DNA of 50,927 bases, the filler included, from Streblomastix strix (Eukaryota): assembly GCA_008636045.1 (NCBI GenBank). It is 3 parts of 3 records of this genome, joined end to end, with 100 filler letters (N's around TTAATTAATTAA, not from the genome) between each part and the next. Parts side by side here need not be neighbours in the genome. Positions count along the whole stretch, not along the records: positions 34,023 to 50,927 come from SNRW01000750.1; 2 more parts are not named here. The stretch is one strand, 5' to 3'. Below, piece after piece: positions 34,776-48,122 of this stretch. Both the position numbers and the translations under genes were made by a program. The number at the start of each line of letters is the position of its first letter. Position 1 is the stretch's first letter. The notes under the pieces are model-generated. The model worked only from the letters and a program-made list of their open reading frames with translations. It made no database searches and was not told where the DNA came from.

Positions 34776-36454
34776 GTTTTGTAATTTTTTTTCTTTATAA
34801 ATTTCAACTTTTTTCTTAGATTAAATATTTTAATTAGTATTTTCCGATGAAGAAACATTAGAATTTGGATTTGAAGAAAATAACAATAAATTTAAATATG
34901 CCAGATAAAAAGCTTTTGAGAAAAGATTTTCAGTTGAACAAAGATATATACCTCATCCAATAAATAATGATGATCCTACAGTAGGATATTTAAAAAAAAG
35001 TGAGAAAAATTCTATCAGTTCTAACTTCAGAATCGTGTGCACATGCAAAATTACAAAGTTTGTTATTTATTTTTTTTAAAAAATTAATAAATATGTATTA
35101 TTAATGATTTCCAGTTCCAACTTAGTAAATTGCAAATGAAAATTTAAATAAAAATGATTAAGAAGAAGTTAGAAAAGATGGTTTGTATTTTATGAATTAA
35201 TAAATATTGATTATTAATTAATATATCTTATTTTTATTGAAATTAATAGAAAAATTAATGGATATAGATGAGAATAAATATGATCATAATATAAATAATG
35301 TTTCACCATAAGTTTGAAACTATTGTAAAGTAGCAGGAATTTTTTTAAGCTTCTTAATGATTAAAAATGGAGGAGGTTATTCTTTTCCAAAAGTTACGGT
35401 CATCAGCATCAATATTTTGTTATCAGCACCTGTTGATAATGATGGATTTCGTTTCATATTTCCAATTTCGAAACGATAATCCGGTGAAAATGCAGAGATA
35501 ATAGCATGCAAAGTAGAACATTTTATCACAAAATGGATGAGTAAAAAATAAATACAACCATTCATTAGTTATTTAACCAAATATTTATTTATTTTTTAAA
35601 TTTTAATCACAAACGTATTTATGAACAAAATATAAAATTAAAAATTTTTTTTTAATTAAGAAATTATAATTTTAATACAAAATTTAAATTTCAATAAATA
35701 TTTTTTGAAAAATTAATTTTTTTTGGAAATAAAACTAGAATATATACTAAATGTATTAAAATAAATTATTATAAAATCAGACAACATTTTAAACTTTTAT
35801 TTTGTTTCGTTTTCATTGCATATCTTCTAATCAACATATTTGAATATTATATAAACATTAAAATTATTTTGATAAAACAATTTTTATACGATGAATATTT
35901 TTCAGGAACATTGCTGTATTTCATAGTTTGTATATCTTTATACATAATATTTTTTCCAAATTTACAATACTTACTAGTTGCTTAATTAACATTTACTTTA
36001 AATTTGATTGATTTATTATTGGAAGTATACAATAAATTTTTTATAGAATTATGAATGCATTTTGATGGATTCAATTTTTTTCTTAAATTTTAAACTTTGG
36101 AAAAAGACTTTCCCCTTATAAATCTAAATTAATTAAAAAAATAAAATTTTTAATTATAAATTTAAGTTTAAATTTTAGAAAATGGAAGTGCTAATAAAGG
36201 CGAAAATATAAATGATTAAAATTAGTCAATTTAAAAATTCTAGAAAAATATTACTAATTATTATGTGACTTCACAAAAATTAATTAATCTTTTTTATTTG
36301 AAAACTTTTGCCTTAATGAAAAGAGCAGTAATTTATCTTTTAGTAATTTTTTCGAAAGTCTTTAACTTTATAAAAAATATATTACCAATATAGAAAAAAT
36401 AATATGTATATTATATTAATATTATAGCAAAATTAAATGAAATATTACATAATT

Positions 36455-38232
36455 ATGGAGTAGATTTACGAGCATAATTTGATGAAGAGAAGCTAATAAT
36501 TAATAATGATGGTTCAATAAGAAAAATGAATAAAGAATTGGCTGATTTATTAGTTGATGGAATCACCATTTATAGATACATAACGATGCGTGGAAAGTCG
36601 AACGAGAGAAAAAGCTATTAAGATTATTTACAGGACTAGATGATCTTGCATTTGTGGATGGATTACTTGAAGATGAAATTAAATAAAATGTTGATGATAC
36701 TTTTTATAAAGTTTTGGCATAGAATAATTTAACTGAAAATGTGATTCAAAATTGGGAGCTCAAAAAGCTGAGATTTTATTCGAAAACTAATCCATGGGTT
36801 CTATAAAAGATTGTCGAATATCATAGTCCATAGTATTACAACGATGTTATAAGGCCTTATTTAAAATCAAAGTTAAAAGAAGAAAAAAAATAAATTAATA
36901 TATTTGATATTGATTTAAAAAACAATTTTGCACTGATAGATAAACAAGAAAAAATATTTAATGATGAATATATAATGTAAAAATATGATTAAATTGCTTA
37001 AGATTTTACACGAATTTTAAGATATTCACCTTGTCATGGTAGTTTAGTATTTATTATCAAATAATATGATGCAATAAATAAAAAAAATAAATTTGAATAT
37101 ATGACTAAAACAGCAGCATTTGACTAATTATAAATAGTAAAAATTTATGATGATGGATAAAAGAAAATAACATTAAAATATGTATTTGAACAATATAATC
37201 CTTTAATTGCACTGAGATCAATAAAATTTATTAGTGATGAATATGATATTTTCAGTATATTTTAAGGTTATAAAAATATTAATAATTATCCTCAGTTAAT
37301 GAAGACCTCATTAACGATTATTTAGAATTAATATATGAAACAATTGCAGCAGATGATGAAAATTTATATGAATATATTCTAAATTGGATTACATTTGTTA
37401 TATAAAATGCGAGTGTTAAATCAGAAGTGGCATTGATATTGTAAGGCAGTCAAAGTATAGGCAAGAACAGATTTACAGATGTTTTATGTGAATTATTGGT
37501 TAGTTATTCAAATAAAAATTTTATTGATATAAGCGAATTTTCAGACTAATTTAATTCAGTCGTTGAAAATATAATGCTTGATATAGCTAATAAACTTAAA
37601 AACTTTGGAGAAGCTTGATATTCAAACATGGACGCGTTGAAGTCAATAATAACAGACAATCAAATAAGAATAATTGAAAAAATTAACATCTAAGAACGTC
37701 GGAGAATGTCATAAATTTGATAATAGTACTCAACAACGATTTCGCTGTCATGATTGAAGCTAACGATAGGCGTTATGTTGTATGCAGAAGTATGGCGGTT
37801 CATAGAGACGACGTTGAATATTTCACATCTTTGTCTAACGGCTTCACTACCGAATTTTATAATAATTTATTTATTTATTTTATTAGCAGAGATAAAAGTA
37901 ATTGGAACTAAAAAAAATTCTATTCAAAGAAGAGAAAAAAGATATAGTTAGAGCATCAAGTTCATAGCTTGATGATGTAATTTTATAAATTTATCAAGCA
38001 TTTAAGGAAGGTGTGCCTAGTACAATCGCACTACAATTAAAGTCATTCGATGATAAAAAGGAAGTCATTTTAATTATAATTAAAAAATAAATGTCAAAGA
38101 ATTAGAAAATAATCCAATGAAAAACGAACATGGATATATAAATTGAATGAAGATTTAATAAAATTATATGATTGGTTAAGAATAGAAGATCAAGACATTA
38201 ATGAAGATGCCAATGATTTAATCAACCTTTGA
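36455..38232 (+). mobile_element. Decayed virus-like primase-associated superfamily 3 helicase gene (D5/NrS-1/DUF5906 type), pseudogene
   Basis: YEYILNW...KSEVALILQGSQSIGKN (degenerate Walker A), FNSVVEN, LKSIITD.QIRI.EK and NLIIVLNNDFAVMIEANDRRYVV (sensor 1/Arg finger). Intronless, with frameshifts and an in-frame TGA at 37616-37618. Confidence 0.75.
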
Positions 38233-38454
38233 ACAATATATATTTTTCATGTTTCGACTATCAGTCGCATTGACTAGCATTTTTTACAGAATTCATTTGA
38301 CTCAATCCACCCAATCTACTCGGTCCAGTCAAAAGTTATTCATTATACACTTCAATTTTTCGTTCCAAAATAACTTTTATCATTAACATTTTCATCAATA
38401 TATTTTAGTTTTCTTTTATCCAAATCCAATAACCAACCCATTAATTTTGTCATA

Positions 38455-38717
38455 TAGTTATGTGAAAAAGGAGACTACCGTACATTTCAAGAATATCATA
38501 CAATAACGTACTTCAATAATATACTTCAATATCCATATTCATTCATCATTTGCAATGTTCTTTAAATAATCTTGCTCAAGTGTTTATTTTTATTTACATT
38601 ATTTTTAAATATTCTTTTGTTTTACAGTAATTATTTTCATTATTTATTATTTATATTTATATTACATTACCTTATTTTATTTTTCAATGTGGGGCACTCT
38701 CCTTTTTCACATAACTA
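38455..38717. mobile_element. MITE-like element, about 260 bp
   Basis: Perfect 20-bp inverted termini TAGTTATGTGAAAAAGGAGA / TCTCCTTTTTCACATAACTA with further imperfect pairing inward. The outermost TA at each end could be the target duplication. The interior is non-coding and AT-rich. Confidence 0.7.
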
Positions 38718-38966
38718 CTAACCAAACAATAAGTATTCAAAATTGATCTTTCGAGCATATTTCTATTAAATAATTTCTCTTCAGTGAATATTTGAAAATA
38801 TTAAATTGAATTTCATTTCAGTTAATATAAATTCTAAAAATTAATAAAATAACAATAATAAAATTTAATTAATAAAAATAATAGTTTAGAAAATATAAAA
38901 AAACAATTTTTCGACAAATCGTTTGAAAAGCTTGAACGGTTAAATTCGTCTTTTTCAAAGTAGGGC

Positions 38967-40288
38967 ATGACTGAACAAAACAAGGAACAGCAGGAGAGCA
39001 CAGCACATGTTGAACATTCAAGGAAACCTGCTTAGGCTAGTTAAACACTACCAGGCTCGATACGAACGACATCTCAAATGAGTAACGTTTAACTCCAGCG
39101 CTCTTTACCTAACAGTTCAGATGGTCCAAGATTTGTTGATGGGAAGCCAGCACGTAAAACAAAACCATCATTTGATGCCTATATTGATTAGTATGAGCGA
39201 GTCTTTTTGCATTTTTTATTTTTTTTCCTCATTTTTTAATTTGCTTTCTATTCTAGCCATTATTGGATGGTAAACCAATATAGTCGCTCGCCTGGACCAA
39301 TTTACAACGTTATGGATGCTTTAAGGAAAAATATCTATCCTGCAGAACATGTACGTCCTTTCGCAAAAGATGACCGTGTGAAACACTTCGTGTGGCATAC
39401 GCCGTCGTTAGGAGTTGGAGCTTATAAACCACCTGAAATGCGTATGATTATATTCTTTTTTTAAAATTAATAATTTATTTTCTGTACAATTTAATTTTCT
39501 TTGATTTTACAAAATTATTCTATTTTATTAATTATTTATTATTATATAGCACCAAATGCATTAGAAGAACCAAAATATTCAGTTCCAAAGGATAAAAGAA
39601 ATACTGGAATGATTAATATCACAAATTATTAAGGATAATTTAAAGATCCATTTGATCCAGCTATGTTATCAACAGTAGAAAGAGCAGCAAATATTGGATT
39701 CTCTAAAGATGATCGATTGAAACATTTTGTAACACACACACCTTCTCCAGGAGCTGGTGCATATAAACCACCTGATAAAAGTATAATTTCTTATTCATTA
39801 TATTATATTATCTTATATTATAATTTATAATTTATTCAATTCATTATATTTTATTTTACAATTTATTATTCATTACTTTATATTAATTATAATAATATTA
39901 ATAATAATCAGTGCCTGATGCATTAGAAGATCCAAGATATTCAATGCCCAAAGGTGAAAGAAATACAGGAATGATTAATACAACTAATTACAAAGGATAA
40001 TTTAAAGATCCATAAAATATCACATTACTATCAACAAGTACAGCGCCAGTAATTCCTGCATTCTCAAAAGATGATCGAGTTAAACATTTTGTTACTCATA
40101 CTCCTTCATTAGGTGTTGGAGCTTATAATCCTCCTGCATTAGGTTTAATATTGAATATTTATATTATATTAATTATATATTTCTATTTAACCATTATTTA
40201 TTTAATAGTTGGTGTGCATCCAAGTAATAAAAGTGGAGGAACTTTCTCTTTGGCTGTCAGGGATCCAAGTGAAATATTTTTCATGTGA
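38967..40288 (+). CDS. SHIPPO/ODF3-like (PGxGxY-repeat) putative axonemal protein, 5 exons
   Basis: SPGPIYN and three copies of F(S/A)KDDR.KHFV.HTPS.G.GAY.PP. GT-AG introns; TGA at 40286-40288. Confidence 0.7.
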
Positions 40289-40547
40289 TATTATTTAACG
40301 TGTAAATATATTTCTTTTAATCATCTCTTTTGTATTAATTATGTTATGATAAACACAAAATTTCTATACACTTCACTATACTAATATTATTGTATATCAA
40401 TCATTGAAATAAAATAATAATTAAAATCTCATATTGGTACTTTATAGATATTTAATGATTATTTATTTAACTCTAACATTAAATTCTAGAATTGCATAAT
40501 CTTTAAGCAAGTTAATTCAATTCTAAAAAAAGTTTCTCTCTTTTTGA

Positions 40548-41223
40548 TCATTGTTCCAAGCTTAAAACTTCATGTTTAAGCTATTATGAAACTTACTTTA
40601 ACCCAACAGATTTATGAATATCAAGAATCTAACAAATTTTTGTTATTTCTAGTAAAGATGATTATTGAATTGAAATAATTTATTTTGAGTTTAATAATTG
40701 ATAAGGATTAAGTTATATTTCAACACAGTGGTTTAGAGTAGAAATATTTTATTTGAAACTAAAAGATATATTTTAACTGGAAATATAAATTAAACAAAAA
40801 ATAAAAAGAAGAATGAAAGAGAAAAATATGTAATTAAAATTTGAAATAAATAAAATCATACAGATTAGGAAGTAATTTAGTAAATTCGTTATTAAATGTA
40901 GTACGTTGTTTAATACTAATAAAATTTTATTGGTTATTCTCTATATTCATATCTCCTCGTCCAGAAAATACAACCTTTTATTGAAGAATTGATGAGACGA
41001 TTTCTTTGGAAACTTGTTCTTAATTGTTCTTATTGCTGTTCAATCCTTTATTTTCCTGATTAAAAGTTAAGAAAATAATAACAATGGCAATTTTGAAACA
41101 CACAATTATTTTTTATCTGAAAAACTTGTTTAGCCGCCTAAACTCAAGCTTTTGATTGTTATTTTCTTCATTTTGACTCTATGTGCGCCGTAGTGATTCA
41201 GTTTTCAAATTTACATCGGCCAT
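40548..41223 (-). CDS. Possible small hypothetical protein (2-3 exons)
   Basis: ATG at 41223 opens a TGA-free frame with plausible GTGTGT/GTATGA donors. No recognisable motif. Confidence 0.3.
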
Positions 41224-41262
41224 AATACGCGCAGGTTGAATTTGAGAAAACTATAGATTAAA

Positions 41263-42720
41263 ATGACTCGTTCATCATCAGTCCCTACTAAGAAGCAGAA
41301 ATCTGAGATAGAGGAGAACCTATCGCCTTATTTATGCAACGGGGTGTGTTGAAATTAATAATTTTATCTTTCATTACGTTTTTTTTGGTATAGGAGCCTT
41401 ATATCGATAATTGGGACATGGTACTAATGGCCTAAAATTGGAAGAACAAATAATTTGAAGTGAAGTACGATAAGAAAGGTCGTCTGAACGACGCGACGAT
41501 TGGACCTTTCAAAACGCTAGCGTCGGTCTGCGCATCTTTTATAATCTAATTAATATATAGTTTTGTAATTATTTTTATGTATTTGTGGGCATGACCCATA
41601 AAATTTATTTGTTTATGCAGGGTTAGCCATGGGTTCCTATGGTCAATATATCTCGCTCTGGCGTGGAGCCAAAGTCGATCCAGGACAATCCATTTGTAAG
41701 ACCGAAACCAACTTAACTTCCGTATGTCATGCTCTTCTTATTTTAATAGTTGATTAATTAATTATGTTTGTTTTAGAGTGGGTAAAGGCTAGGACTATGG
41801 ATGTTTCCACAAATTCACATATTCCTATAACCCTGACCATGAAGATGGAATGAAACCAAAGCAAAGACACATTGTACCATCAGGACCAGCAGCTGGAATT
41901 AATAAGAACTTCTATACAAACCCACCAAAACAAGGAGGATTTGGATATTCACACAATCTGATTGGTGGATTTGAGGTTTAATTTCATCTTTCATTATATA
42001 ATTATATTATATTTATATTATTATATATTATATATATTATATATATTAATATAGTATGGATATGAACCAGATCCATATGGTGGAGATCGATCAAAGACAG
42101 AACCATGGAAACCACGAGCACCAGAAGTTCCATTCTTAGGAATGAGTGGACCTCCTCTTTTATTTGATGCTAAATCAGTATTTTAACCAGTTCCTTCTGC
42201 AGAAGAGAAAGAAGAAGCATTAGCATAGTAACGTGCATTAATGGGTAATAATAATAGTGATATAAATAGAGATTTTAATTTTAATTAATTTGGATAACCA
42301 GAAAAGGAAGTTGAAAGAAGAGAAAGATTAAGAAGAGAAAAAGAAAGATAATAAGCATAAAGTGATGGAGTGGTTGGAAGTGGATCTATGCTAATGACTA
42401 CTTCTAGATTAAAGTAATTATAACATACTCCAATTAAATAATAGATTGGTATTATTCCATTCAAACCTTCGTCTCCTGCTAAAAAAGGATACAATAAAAC
42501 AATTCAAAGATTCCCTGAATATACTTGTGGTATTAATTAACTTATTATATTATATATTAATAATTGAATATGAATTATATTATATTATATATTGATAGGT
42601 GCAGATAAGGAGAGAGAATATTAATATCTGAATGCTGGATCTTCAAAATACTTTGTACCAAGTGGAATATCAACTTTGGCTGTTCCAACACCATCAGTGT
42701 GTAAATTAGATCTCTTTTGA
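41263..42720 (+). CDS. CFAP96: CFAP96/C4orf47 (DUF4586) cilia-associated protein, multi-exon
   Basis: KNFYTNPPKQGGFGY, YEPDPY, PFKPSSPAKKGYNKTIQRFPEY and FVPSG...PTPSV match recalled family motifs. TGA at 42718-42720. Confidence 0.75.
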
Positions 42721-43036
42721 CTTATTGAATACATTATTATTATTATTATTATTTTATTTATTTATTTGATAATCAGATTAAGTAGATGCACGAAGTTCGA
42801 TCAAAACATGTAGGAATGGTGAAGAGTCCAAAATAATGAACAACTTCAAATAAAATTTTCTCACTTCCAAATCCCTGTAAATAAACCTCACTTCACTGCT
42901 ATAATAAAATATTTAACTTTTTTGATAAGTATATTAAATTATTAATTGATTTATATTATATTTAAACAAACTAACTTCAAATTATTTATTGGAAAAAATT
43001 TTTACGTCGCTATGGGGGCGAAAAAGAAAAATCGAA

Positions 43037-46000
43037 ATGTTTGGGGCAGCTGTAGTGTGGGCGCTTCTTTTGTGGAACATTAACGCAAACTCTGTGGAAG
43101 AGAAACAACTTCCTCCTCACCTCGATGATAATATAGAACTGAATATTGTAGGAACGAAAGTTGAAGGTTTAAGAGAACGTCCCATCAACGCCGATGAAGA
43201 GGCAGGAATAATATATGTATCTAGTACCGGTAATGATGACGATGAATGTGGATATAATACTAGACCTTGTTTAACATTAAAGTACGCTGTTGATTAAGCA
43301 CTTAAAATTTCTACTCCCAATCCCCTAAGAATTATCTTTAAAGATCAATATACTGTCTCTGAGAGTATTATTATTGATGATAATAAACAGATAAACTTTG
43401 AAGGACTAAATCCCAATGATTAATTGCCAATAACTATTGCAGGAAATAATGAAATTGCGTTCAAGGGTACAGATGTTGATTCTATAGTGTAAAATTTCTA
43501 CATTTATCTTGATAAATCCGGGAATATACCTTATGCATTTAGTTGGGAACGAGGCTCACTTTCACTTCGAAATAATAGAGTCAATTTTGCTGAAGGATCA
43601 TCAGAAATTGGTCTTGCTTACTTACATGAGAGTAGTTTAACAATAACCAATCTTAGAATTATTGGAACACCCTTAGAACCACTGAAATTTGGATCAAAAA
43701 ATTTGATTTTAGCGTATAATGTTAAGAATGTCTTAATAATAAGCTTGACAGCCACATACATTGATGTAGAATCTGATAATGGACTTATATATATAAGTTA
43801 AGATACTCCAAAAGAAGATGATCCTACAGTATAATCATCAGTTAATTTCAATTATTTACGACTGGAGAATGTTATATCACACAAAGGCTCAATTGTTGAA
43901 TTGTAGACAGAATTGGGAGGAAAAGTTGAAATTTTGAGATCCAACTTCTTACAATGTGTGAGATAGATAAGTAGTTAATAAGATATTGAAGGAGGTTCAT
44001 TATAAATATCCTATAATGGAGGAGATGTATTTATTGGCAAAAATGAAGACAACCAATAAGTTTAATTTAATGGGTCCAGTTCAGATATTGTAGATTAAGA
44101 AATATAGAAAGGTGAAGGAAGAGGTGCAGCGCTCTACATTCTGTACTAATTTGATTAAAAAGGAGTGCATCCTGGTATAATAGATATATTCAATGTTCAG
44201 TTCTTTGATAACTACGCCCTTGAAGGAAGTAACATATTTGTGAATCTATTAAATCAAGCACCTGAGGGGGTCCTTAACTAAAATACATTCAAGATTGATT
44301 CAGTTGGATTGACAGAAGATTGGACTAGGTATCTGGGTATATATGATGGTAAGTACTTCCTTCTTCATACATATGCAGATTCAATATATGTTAACAGAGG
44401 AATTAGATACATTGATGGAGTAATAGGTCGTATAATAGATCTTTGCGGAGATTGGAAAGTTCCATGCTTGAAATTAGAAGATATACAACCAGAATCACAG
44501 ATAGATGCTCCTTATTATGACAGCACTGCATCAGTTAGTAGTCCACGCACAGTTACTTTCTATATTAAGACTAACATTGTGCAGAAGAAGAATGTAATGA
44601 CCAATGGTAATATTGTATTTGAAGGTAGATTAGGGTTGTCAGATAGAATAGGAGCATCATCACCTCCATATGTTTGGTCATCACCAGATGACAGTGCAAT
44701 AATAACAGTTACTACTAAAGATGGAGGATAATTTGATCCAAAGAGCCCATTAATATCTTCAGTAAATAGTTCAATCACTCTTAGAACAGTTAAATTACAA
44801 ATTGATGGAGAAGATTTAAGATTAGCCTTTGGAACAAATGCCTTGATATAAGTAGAAGGACCTGAGCTTGTATTAGACAGAGTGCAAATCCTCAATGTTG
44901 GCTAAAGAGCTATTCTTCTTTATCCTTCAAGTGCATCTGGAGCTGTAGCTGAATCAAAAGGTCTTATTTCAAAATCATAGATTATATCTCCTGAGGATGT
45001 TACTCAGATAGATGATAGCATATCAGTAGATTCAAAAGATGGCAAAGACTTGTGCAACTTCAAAGGAGCTGGACTCATATTCAGAAAAGCCAGAGTTTAG
45101 ATATTAGGATCTACTATATCTGGATTAGAAGGAGGCGGTATTCAAGTAACTGAGAATTCAAATCTGCAAATTGATAGAGACAGCACATTTGAGAAGAACG
45201 TGCAGAAGAAGAAGAAATACCCAGTAATGAGATAGAATGTAGAATGTACATAAGGATCAACAGTTATATTTGAAGAAGGAGTTATGGAAAGAGAGACAAT
45301 TGTAGGTACTTGGGTATATGGATCTAATGACTGCAAAGTAAGAAAAGTTAAAAGTGGATTAAAATTAAGTGATGTTAAAGATATAGAAATTGATACAGTT
45401 AGAGTAATGACATATTCTCCAAGAGTAGTGAATGTATCATCTGAAGTTGTTCCTATATACAATAAAGATAATGTAGAATTAGGTAAGCATCTTGTTATTC
45501 GTTTAGAAGGAGATGAATTACTTCCATGTGGACATACTAGATTATAACTAGTAGGAACATATGATAAATAAGTTCTTCATAGATATAAACTATTATATGG
45601 AGGTGCTTAGGATGAAAGAAGATATGTTGCTGAATTCCCATTAACTGATGAATATGTTACAAGAGAACCCGATGATCCATAAGTCGATGAAGATGAAGAA
45701 GAGAAAGAAGTTGATCCAGATTCCTTCAATTCAAATGCAGATGATGATGGTACATTAGAAACAATACATGCAGTACCAGGATCTGCATTATATAAGAGAG
45801 TATCAACATAGACAACATTAGAAGCTAGAATAAGATTTGGATATGTTGGATGGGATGGTTAATGGTTAAATGGATCAGTTTATACAGTAAATGAAGAAAT
45901 ATATGAAGGAAGCGATGCATCTGAACATAAAACAACTAAAACTGGTATTCCTCTATGGTTAATACTTATTCTAGCTATTGGAATTCCATTAATAGTAATT

Positions 46001-47095
46001 ATAATAATATTAGTTATCATATGCATATCATATTAATAATGCACTGATCATAATGCAGAGATATAAGAAGAGAAGAAATAAAGAGAATTGGAAAAGAAGG
46101 ATGAAGTTGGAGTAGAAACAGAAGATGGATACTATTTAGGATATGGATATGGATACAATCATGAGTAAGGAGTTGGATATACTCATGTATACAATACCAC
46201 TAATGTAGCAAGTTCTGGAAGAAGTATTGATCAGAAAGTGAAAGTGGTTTCTAGAGGAAAAGATGAATCAGATACAACCAGGAACATCAGTGAATCCAGA
46301 AGTAAGAGCAGGAGCACATCACGGGATCTGAAAGCTGATAAACACAAGGTCCCATTAACGAGATCAACAAGACCTTTTGGAACACAAGGCACTGAAGGTC
46401 CATCATAGATATTCACCACACACAGATAGAATGGGAGTGATATTCAGGATGCTGAACCTGATGCACTTCCAGCTACTATGCCAACTACAATTAAATTATA
46501 ATAGAAATAAAGAGCTACTAAAGGTGGGTTGGGTGAACTTGGAGATGTTGCTGTTACATTGAGAGAGGAACCTGATAATGAAGATATAACTAAGAAATCT
46601 TCTAAGAATGATTCAGACACAGAAACAACATCAACTTCATCTTCTTCATCATCTTCATCCACATCATCCAGTAAGAGCAGCAAATCATCTACAAGCTCAA
46701 AATCATCAAAGAGTTCTAAATCATCATCTAGCTCAAATACAAGCGATGCTTCGACAAAACCATCAAAGGCAAAAACATAATAAAGTAAAAAGAATGCTCA
46801 ATAAGATGTAGATTCTGATAAGACATCAAAGAAGAGCAAATCTTCAAAGAAAGATGCGCTCACTGAGAAAGATGGAAAGACACAAAAGAGCGATGATGAA
46901 GGATCATCATCGGGTTCATCAGGAAGTGGAAGCTCATCATCAAGCGGAAGCAGCAGTGGAAGCAGCAAATCACATTCTAGACATAGCAGTGCATCTACGA
47001 AACGCAGTAGTGTGAATGAAATACCAGCAAAGTCGAAGGAAGACAGTGAAGATAGCGGTTCTGGAACTGGTGGTGATCGCGAGATCGATGAATGA
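43037..47095 (+). CDS. Intronless 1,352-aa type I membrane protein with a Ser/Lys-rich cytoplasmic tail
   Basis: Signal-like MFGAAVVWALLLWNINA; IYVSSTGNDDDECGYNTRPCLTLKYA; transmembrane GIPLWLILILAIGIPLIVIIIILVIICIIY near 45945-46030. ATG to TGA is 4,059 bp in one frame. Confidence 0.85.
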
Positions 47096-47227
47096 GGGCC
47101 ATATACAATAATTTTCATCTTTTTCTATTCACATCAAGGAATTCAAGGGGTAGGTTATAAACACACTTCGAAAATATAATTTAATCTGTATTGTAAGTGA
47201 GATGTTACATATATTAACGTTTTGAGT

Positions 47228-47866
47228 TCATTCGATCTTAAATGCATATTAAAGGAGTAGATCAATAACTTCTGCCTCGTGTGCGGCAACGTCCTTTTGC
47301 ATTTTCGCTAGAAGTGCCTCCCGCTTCTTATCTAGATCGCTGAAGTGTTCGCTGTCTGATCCCGAGTACTGAAAAAGATCGCAGAGCCAAAGTAACAAAG
47401 AAAAAATTAAGTCGGTAAAATTGCTCGTGTTTGCCGCCAATATGGCGCTATCGATGCCCGCAAACCTTTGCAACTTCGCTTTGATACTCGGCCTCTAATC
47501 TCTCCCTATATTCACGAGCCTCTTTCTCAGCCTCGTCCTTCGCCGTTCGCAACAAAGTTACGCGGTCTGTACTCCACAAAAAGTTAATAAATCAGTGTAT
47601 AAATGTATTAAAAGAGTCAAAAATTAAAATTGAACAACCAAATAAAAATGCATTTCACACTTTGTTTAGCCTCTTCCACAATTTTCGCTGCTTCTTGTTC
47701 GGCGTCAAATAATAGCTATATCCCTGCATCATAATGAATATTAATATTAAGAAAATGTTAGTGGAAATACTGCATATATCATTTTTATAATAATACCTCG
47801 TTTACCCTGCTCGTCCCAGTTTTAGCCGACTGCTGCCATCTCGACTGGTCCCATGTACCTCAACAT
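47228..47866 (-). CDS. VMA10: V-type ATPase subunit G, 4 exons (start codon choice 47839/47854/47866 uncertain)
   Basis: GIQLLFDAEQEAAKIVEEAKQNRVTLLRTAKDEAEKEAREYR...EVIDLLLQYAFKIE-TGA. Confidence 0.9.
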
Positions 47867-48122
47867 TTTCAATTAATTTCTAGCACATCTCCAAATTTAT
47901 ATGATGCATATCAACTCAATAATAATCACAATGATGAATAAAAAATTATTGGTTGTCTTTAAAAAGCAGAAGAATCTTATTTTCAGCATTTGATCAATAA
48001 CCTGTTCTATTTTCAAATAGTTATTTTATATCATGTTCCTAATTTGCAGGTTTTTTTTATAGGATTTACAAACGAACCATGTCATGTGAAGTGGATATTA
48101 TTTGGTGAAATAGAATTATCAT

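Noticed and set aside
37616..37618. In-frame TGA as selenocysteine or readthrough
   Set aside because: It lies in a frameshifted pseudogene and is most simply a nonsense mutation.
38255..38277. Helitron-like 3' end (CGACT-ATC-AGTCG hairpin then CTAG)
   Set aside because: Only a 5-bp stem, CTAG is not followed by T, and the adjacent helicase is SF3 rather than Rep/Pif1.
47867..47989. In-frame upstream ATG adding a hydrophobic N-terminal anchor to V-ATPase G
   Set aside because: With a single stop codon, AT-rich DNA often gives open Phe/Ile-rich frames of this length; there is no independent support.
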